Part shown: positions 57,875-64,000 of the stretch, piece after piece | Numbering within the stretch: position 1 is the stretch's first letter | How the letters are laid out: the number at the start of each line of letters is the position of its first letter | DNA from: Candidatus Latescibacterota bacterium | Lineage (GTDB): Bacteria > Latescibacterota > UBA2968 > GCA-2709665 | Length of the DNA: 64,000 bases | Direction: 5' to 3' | Assembly: GCA_965219455.1 (NCBI GenBank) | Contig: OZ244744.1 | Coordinates: 1,632,001-1,696,000, forward strand | Translations under genes and position numbers: made by a program | The notes under the pieces: model-generated | What the model was told of the DNA's origin: nothing | Database searches by the model: none | The model's input: only the letters and a program-made list of their open reading frames with translations

Positions 57875-58540
57875 TTAGCATCCACCTTTTTCTTTCCAAA
57901 TGTCGACCGCATGCTGAAAGCCGATTTCGGGGCTGCTGAGGATTGGAATTGAGATCTCCGGGCACAATTTCGCCGCTCCGGCCATGGAGGCCTGCGCCAG
58001 TACGATGACGTCTCCTTCAGACGCGCGCTCCTTTAATTTACTGGCGATTTCACTGAAATACCCTTCATTGTCTCCCTCCTCGAGCCTGCTCCAGGCGTTG
58101 TCACAGAGAACCTCGATCAGTTCAACGCGTTTTTGACGCATACTAGCGACTTCAAGAATCAGGTTTCGGGTTGGAGCGAGCGTACTCTCAAGCGCGGCGG
58201 CAACAATGATTCGCGATCCGATTTCCACAGCTTTCGCGGCCATCGGACGATCGACCCGGACAATGACGCCGTCCGCTTTGTCATTTGCGCTTTCCGCACT
58301 TGCACCAATTGTAGAACACGTGCAGAGCACCACGGATGCGCCTTCCTCGATCGCGGAGCAGATGCGGCCCTGAATACGTCCATCCAGGTCTTGAGAAATC
58401 CCCTTTTCACGAGCCTCCGTCAAGAATCGCTCCTCCACAATGTGTCTGACGGGAAATTCCAGATCGGCTTCCTCAATAAGCCGATCAAAAGTATCGATCA
58501 GCACCGGTGTCGTGTGAAGAAGGGCCAGATGTGATTTCAT
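57875..58540 (-). CDS. Asp/Glu/hydantoin racemase-family protein
   Basis: LALLHT, VLCTCSTIG, RVDRPMA, DVIVLAQASMA, PILSSP. Confidence 0.8.
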   Translation of the reverse strand: MKSHLALLHTTPVLIDTFDRLIEEADLEFPVRHIVEERFLTEAREKGISQDLDGRIQGRICSAIEEGASVVLCTCSTIGASAESANDKADGVIVRVDRPMAAKAVEIGSRIIVAAALESTLAPTRNLILEVASMRQKRVELIEVLCDNAWSRLEEGDNEGYFSEIASKLKERASEGDVIVLAQASMAGAAKLCPEISIPILSSPEIGFQHAVDIWKEKGGC

Positions 58541-58645
58541 GCAATGACTTCCTTTCGTTGATAGGTAACGTTCGCACGATTTGAAATTGCGACCTGGCAG
58601 AGAGTCACCTGGATCCGCCGCCAAACTGCATGTTTAAGGTGGATT

Positions 58646-59839
58646 CTAACAACTAAACCCATCAAACAGACTCACCTTTGGCAAATCCGGGAGCTTATTC
58701 GCACCTTTAATCAAATCCAGATGTTCTGTAGGTAATGACTCATAAAAGCAGGGCGCCAAATATAAATCACATAACGTCGGGAGCCCGCCTTTCAATAAAT
58801 CTTCAGTTAAGACAATATCCGGTCGTTTTGAACCAGATAAATGCTCGACCATAGACACATATCCCATTATACCAAGCGGAAGTGTCACATTGAGTACGAC
58901 CGTTTTATTACGTTCGAGCGGTAAAACCACTACGACATCGAAAATGTGATCAACTTTCCTATATAAACGGTCGACCCTTTCGAATCTCTCGCCACCGCGC
59001 CTGTGTTCGAACACGACCCCACAATAAATGGACGGATTTTCAACAAACCAAGAAGCCACCCTGACAACATCTTTCCCATAATCGAGTCCTGCCAGCAATT
59101 CTTTTGTTATGCGGAATTTCTGATATGCACCGTACAACATCTGCCTCTTAACAAACTCCGCATTAACCGGTTTCCGGTCTTTATCTCCGTACTCTGACAG
59201 GATCATTATGTCCGACCACCCATCCTTTGACAAGCCCAAGTCTTCCAACACATCTGTGATGTAACACTCTTTGACCGTCTGTTCAAAAAACCTGAAATAC
59301 AAAGAACAGGCACTGCGATATATCTGCTTGAAAAAGGCCTTTTGGTCCATCATCCCATCGTCGATAGCCGAGAACAGTCTATTGTCACAATTTTCGCAAA
59401 ACCCACGAAATGTCACACCGGAAGACCGATGGCCAGCAGATTCCAATTTAAAATTCGCATAAGACCAAAACATCGAATCATCAACATCCTTGCCATCGAA
59501 ATTCCTCTTGTAGTCGCGCTTCAAAACATACACATGCCCATCTCGTGACAGATGCTTATTCAAATAATTCGCATCGCCTATAACATGATTTCGAACATTG
59601 CCATCAGCCTTACCACAGCACATACATGGCATCGTGATATAATATTTGGGATAGATCTCGATCTCCGTAAGGTGTTTAAGTAACTCTGTACATCGATCAA
59701 CAGGACTCATCTTGCTGAGTTTCTCAGCATTTACCTTTAAATGAAGTTCATGTGCGCCTCTAAATTCGTGGTACACATCCAAAAAATCCTCGTTGACCCA
59801 CTCCCGAAAATCCTTTGTTGCGTACATAGGTTCCGCCAA
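58646..59839 (-). CDS. AT-rich hypothetical protein with Cys/His motifs (possible HNH / zinc-binding nuclease)
   Basis: CMCCG...NHVI and TFRGFCENCDNRLFSAID; lower GC than neighbours. Confidence 0.6.
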   Translation of the reverse strand: MAEPMYATKDFREWVNEDFLDVYHEFRGAHELHLKVNAEKLSKMSPVDRCTELLKHLTEIEIYPKYYITMPCMCCGKADGNVRNHVIGDANYLNKHLSRDGHVYVLKRDYKRNFDGKDVDDSMFWSYANFKLESAGHRSSGVTFRGFCENCDNRLFSAIDDGMMDQKAFFKQIYRSACSLYFRFFEQTVKECYITDVLEDLGLSKDGWSDIMILSEYGDKDRKPVNAEFVKRQMLYGAYQKFRITKELLAGLDYGKDVVRVASWFVENPSIYCGVVFEHRRGGERFERVDRLYRKVDHIFDVVVVLPLERNKTVVLNVTLPLGIMGYVSMVEHLSGSKRPDIVLTEDLLKGGLPTLCDLYLAPCFYESLPTEHLDLIKGANKLPDLPKVSLFDGFSC

Positions 59840-60114
59840 CGTTCAATATTCAACTGCGGGTTTGCCGACTCGAGGAACGGCGACACCAACTAACAAGACG
59901 CTTTCTACGCGACGTTGCATAAAATAGATTTATTCGGCAATGAAGCTGGTGCATATATGCCCTCTATAAGCCAATAGCATAAGTGAATGTCGTGTGATTG
60001 GGGTAGAATTCCCTGCTCAACCGTGCTCGCATGAAGTGCATCCAATAGAATTGCCTGTGTGCCGGTTTGGGGATCCGCCGCCAGAGAGTTCTACGATGGC
60101 GACTCTGCTTTTCC

Positions 60115-60909
60115 TCAAGGCGCCGATGCCGCGACGGTCAACCAGACAGGCAGACCCGCGCGTGGATTCGTCCGCCAGTCCAGCAACGAATCGTCTGCAT
60201 CGGCCGCCCCGTCCACACCCCGCCAGTATCCGGAATCCCGAGCCGGGCTTTCGATGACTTTCTTCAATACCAATCCAGCTTGCGCAAGCGGATTGAGCAG
60301 GTCCGCGAGGGTCCAATGATGCTCATACGAATCCTCTTCGGACCCTCGGAAAGGGCCGGTATCCCAGTAGGGTTTCGCCATTTCTACAGGTGCGACCTGT
60401 TCTTTCCACGGGCGCGTGAAGGGATGAATGTCGTAGAAGACGTATGCGCCTCCTGACTTCAGGATACGCGCGACCTCTGAGAATACGCCATAGAGATCGG
60501 CGATCCACACGAAAAAGCCGTTCGTCGAACACACCAGATCGAAGCTCGAATCGGACAGCGAATCGAGGCTGGCAGCGTCGGAACGCACGAAATCTATCGA
60601 CAGACCCAGCGCGTCCGCACGGTCCGCCGCCCGTTTCAATCGTGCCTCGGAGATGTCCGTAGAAGTAACCCTGGCGCCCAGACCCGCCAGTGCATAGGCC
60701 GCCAGGTTGTCTCCGCTGCCGATCACACAGACCCGCTTGCCGCCCAGCGTTCCCATCATTTCCCGGATGGTCTCAAGCGCCCCTCCATCGAATCCCAGCT
60801 CGGGTTTCTGGCGGCACCTTCGCCAGAGGCCGTCGCGAATCAGACGTTCCTCCCAATCCGCGGCCATATCGTCCCATCGCCGGCGGTTGGCTTCGTGTAT
60901 TTCGTTCAT
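60115..60909 (-). CDS. Class I SAM-dependent methyltransferase
   Basis: VCVIGSGD, GARVTSTDIS, SFDLV, EVARILKSGG, HPF. Confidence 0.88.
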   Translation of the reverse strand: MNEIHEANRRRWDDMAADWEERLIRDGLWRRCRQKPELGFDGGALETIREMMGTLGGKRVCVIGSGDNLAAYALAGLGARVTSTDISEARLKRAADRADALGLSIDFVRSDAASLDSLSDSSFDLVCSTNGFFVWIADLYGVFSEVARILKSGGAYVFYDIHPFTRPWKEQVAPVEMAKPYWDTGPFRGSEEDSYEHHWTLADLLNPLAQAGLVLKKVIESPARDSGYWRGVDGAADADDSLLDWRTNPRAGLPVWLTVAASAP

Positions 60910-61000
60910 GGATACGTCCTCTTCAATTGTACCCGTCCTTGCTGTTCTCCACCGGAACAATTTTAATGTGCTGTGCGACAGTTTGGTGGGTAGCCACGGA

Positions 61001-61609
61001 TCAGGTTCCCCCCAGAATGCGCTTCAGCAACTCAGGATGCAGTCTCCGCAATTCCAGAAGCCAGGCAGTCGTTCCCACCGGCTTCAGGCGAGCGGAACGC
61101 GGGATACGCAGCCGTTCCTGGAGGATGCCGCCTCGCCGCTCCAGTTCGTCAACGGTGAAAGATTCCGTGGCGAATTCATGGAAGAGATCCGGCTTCAGCG
61201 TCGCGATCCCCGAAAGATCGCGCGGATCCGGCCGCCCTATCGTATGACCTGCATAAACGGCCACCTTCGCACCCGGGACGAATCCCGGATCGTTTCCCTC
61301 CCACAGAAATTGCACGCCGTCAGGCAGGCTTCCCGGTGGAAGAAGCGATACCGTCCCCTCCGGGTCGATCGAAAAGGACTGCGTCGTTCTATCGAACGCG
61401 ACTCTGCAGCCGATTTCTTCCATCGCTTCCCTCTGCAGGGCACCCTCAAGGGACTCGCCTTTCTCAACCGTGCCGCCGATGCAACTCATGCCAATTTCCA
61501 GAACAGCATCTGGCGCACGCTTCCACTTCTTTGGTTTCTGGAGTTCGAAGAGAAAGCCATTCTTCTCTCTCAGGATAATCGCAACACCAATGATTAATGA
61601 GTCTGACAT
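61001..61609 (-). CDS. NUDIX hydrolase
   Basis: GGTVEKGESLEGALQREAMEEIG Nudix box. Confidence 0.85.
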   Translation of the reverse strand: MSDSLIIGVAIILREKNGFLFELQKPKKWKRAPDAVLEIGMSCIGGTVEKGESLEGALQREAMEEIGCRVAFDRTTQSFSIDPEGTVSLLPPGSLPDGVQFLWEGNDPGFVPGAKVAVYAGHTIGRPDPRDLSGIATLKPDLFHEFATESFTVDELERRGGILQERLRIPRSARLKPVGTTAWLLELRRLHPELLKRILGGT

Positions 61610-61735
61610 TTCATCGTCGACCGGTGAGACGCGCCGCATCTCCTGACGTCGGGCGATGGGCGATAGGCTTACATCTTACCTTCGCTGATCAGTTCAATAG
61701 CAGAAGGACCAGTCTGTACCTTGTAATGTGTCCTA

Positions 61736-62957
61736 GTACCTATTGACTTCTAAACCTGCGCGTGCCTATAGTATGATGTCTCCCCTGAAGACGAAGGAGC
61801 CATCGGCATGCCAAAGAAATACGTTGTACGTCTGACGCCCGAAGAACGGGAGCGTCTGCAGGATCTGGTAAGCAAAGGCAAGACGCAAGCCTACCGAATA
61901 AGGCACGCTCACGTACTTCTCAAGGCCGATGCAGAGGGTCCGGCCTGGCTGGATCGGCAGATCACGGAGGCCTTTTCGTGCAATCGGTCTACGGTTGAGG
62001 GCATCCGGAAGCGTTTTGTGTTGGAGGGACTGGATTCGGCCCTTGAGCGAAAGAAGCGAGCCCATCCTCCCACGGAAAGAAAGCTTGATGGTGCTAAGGA
62101 AGCCCGATTGATCGCGTTGGCTTGCAGTGAACCACCAAAGGGACATAAGCGGTGGACGCTGAAGCTGCTGGCCGATGAGCTCGTGGCCCTGGAGATCATC
62201 GATAGCATCTCATACCGAACGGTGCAGCGGACGCTTAAAAAAACAAACTTAGGCCTCACCTGAGAACGTGCTGGGTGATTCCGCCCAAGCAAAACGCCGC
62301 GTTTGTCGCCGCGATGGAGGATATCTTGGACGTGTATCAGCGGCCGTACGACGCCAAGAGGCCCGTTGTCAATATGGACGAACACCCGGTCCAGTTGGTC
62401 AAGGAGACGCGTCTTCCGGTAGCAACACGTCCGGGCAAACCTGAACGCTACGACTACGAGTATGAACGTAACGGAACAGCCGTGAACTTCATGTTCACCG
62501 AACCGCTTTCGGGTTGGCGCAAGGTCCGTGTAAGAGAACGCAAGACCGCGGTGGACTGGGCCCAAGAGATCAAGGATCTCCTTGATACTCACTACCGTGA
62601 AGCCGAAACCGTCGTCTTGGTGTGTGATAACCTCAACACACACACGCCCGCGGCACTCTACAAGGCGTTCTCACCCGAAGAAGCGCGCCGTCTGGCCAAG
62701 CGTCTCGAAATCCACTACACGCCGAAACACGGGAGCTGGCTCAACATCGCCGAGATCGAACTCAGCGTCTTGAGCAACCAATGCTTGAAGGAACGCATCG
62801 CCGATATCGAATCACTCAAAGAGCAGACTTCCGCCTGGACCAATGATCGCAACAACAAAAGCAAGGCTGTCCATTGGCGGTTCACCACGGACGATGCTCG
62901 GATCAAACTGAGAAAACTGTATCCAGACTACGCCGCGCTTTAGCCGTCAAAGGGTAC
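61736..62957 (+). mobile_element. IS630-family element
   Basis: TIRs GTACCTATTGAC / GTCAAAGGGTAC; TA duplication within CTAG at both ends. Confidence 0.92.
61808..62943 (+). CDS. IS630 transposase, OrfA/OrfB joined by probable -1 frameshift
   Basis: OrfA HTH (RWTLKLLA); A7 run at 62237-62243 gives LKKNKLRPH..WVIPP; OrfB MDE, DNLNTH, HYTPKHGSWLNIAEIE. Confidence 0.9.
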
Positions 62958-62960
62958 TAG

Positions 62961-64000
62961 TCCTTAAACAAGCGTGACCAGTGAAATTTTTCTGGTCCAA
63001 GAGACCGGAAAGGCCTACCGTTGTTGGAGATAGATGGATTGTGCTAGAAATCATCACTCCAACGCAGGAGACCTTTCCGGTGAAAAGAATATCGGTTGAT
63101 GACAGCCGCAGGAACCGTGCTCGTCGCAAACGCAAAGTGGCCGCCCGCCACGGTCGAGCGGGGCATTGGCAGGCCCAGCGCCGGCCCATGTTCAGTCCTG
63201 GCAAAGTGCACTACGAGGTAGGCGCCTACACCGACGCGATGAGTTACGGAGGCATCGGCGCCGTGCATCGCCTGGTCACCAAGCTGGGTCTGCCCAAGCG
63301 CATCGACGCGTCACTGTCCTTGTTGAAGGTGCATCTGCCCTATCATGAGTCGGACCACGTACTAAACATCACATACAACGTGTTATGCGGCGGCGGCACG
63401 CGCCTGGAGGATATCGAGCGTTTGCGAAGTGACGGGGCCTACATGAATGCCCTGGGCGCCAAGTTGATTCCCGATCCGACCACGGCGGGTGACTTTTGCC
63501 GACGCTTCTCGGAACGGGACATCGTCGAACTGATGGCGTGCATCAACGCGGTGCGATCCTCCTTGTGGGCATCGCGTGGCCGCAAATTGCTTGGTGACAT
63601 CACCTATATCGATGTGGACGGCACAAACGTGCCCACGTATGGCAAGCGCAAGAGGGGTATGGACATCTCTTACCAGGGCATCTGGGGCTACCATCCGCTG
63701 GTGATCTCACTTTCCAACACGAAGGAAGTGCTCTTCCTGGTCAACCGACCGGGGAATGTGCCCAGCCACACCGGTGCGGCACAGTGGATCGACGCGGCCA
63801 TCGACCTGGTGCAGCCCCACGCCAAGCGCATCTGTGTGCGTGGCGACACCGACTTTTTCTTGACTCGACATCTTGATCGCTGGGCCAAAAGCGCGTCGAC
63901 TTCATCTTCGGGATGGACGCCAACGCGGCGATGCGTTCCCGTGCCGAGGCCCTCGACGAGGCACAATGGCAGCCCCTGCAACGCAAACCCCGTTATCACA
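62961..64000 (+). mobile_element. IS1380-family element, type A copy 3; runs off the window end
   Basis: CTAG|TCCTTAAACAAGCG; transposase from 62981 near-identical to copy 2, with a +3 insertion (about 63390) and a +2 frameshift (about 63892). Confidence 0.88.

Noticed and set aside
58625-59900. Integron cassette (attC) around the AT-rich gene
   Set aside because: Isolated CTAAC/GTTAG words only; no paired R''/R' palindrome and no integrase.

Overview
Bacterial chromosomal window, GC-rich with a few AT-rich islands. A PorV/UPF0164-like outer-membrane gene, an internalin-type LRR lipoprotein and a heavy IS load suggest an FCB-group bacterium such as Latescibacterota, possibly host-associated; this is inference only. 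Positions 1-14.2 kb are core genes: aroA (5' end), dnaE, rodA-mrdA-mreD, an MltD-like LysM transglycosylase, a SPOR lipoprotein and a lactonase. The rest is a decaying accessory region. It holds two sigma54 two-component systems with visible -24/-12 promoters and enhancer palindromes, and a CDP-alcohol phosphatidyltransferase plus flippase-like pair. These are followed by paralogous secreted proteins built from an unrecognised ~80-aa Sm/SH3-like repeat (9 copies in 4 genes). Mobile DNA comprises six IS1380-family elements of three types, one IS630, a CTAG-flanked MITE and a truncated group II intron carrying three 25-33 bp palindromic micro-insertions. There is also a 509-aa TIR-less, hairpin-bounded protein with Rep_trans-like motifs, a candidate rolling-circle mobile element. 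Three toxin-antitoxin loci, several REP families, many pseudogenes and detoxification-type enzymes (methyltransferases, APH-like kinases, GNAT, SDR, NUDIX, S9 peptidase) complete the region. No rRNA, tRNA or CRISPR array was seen.
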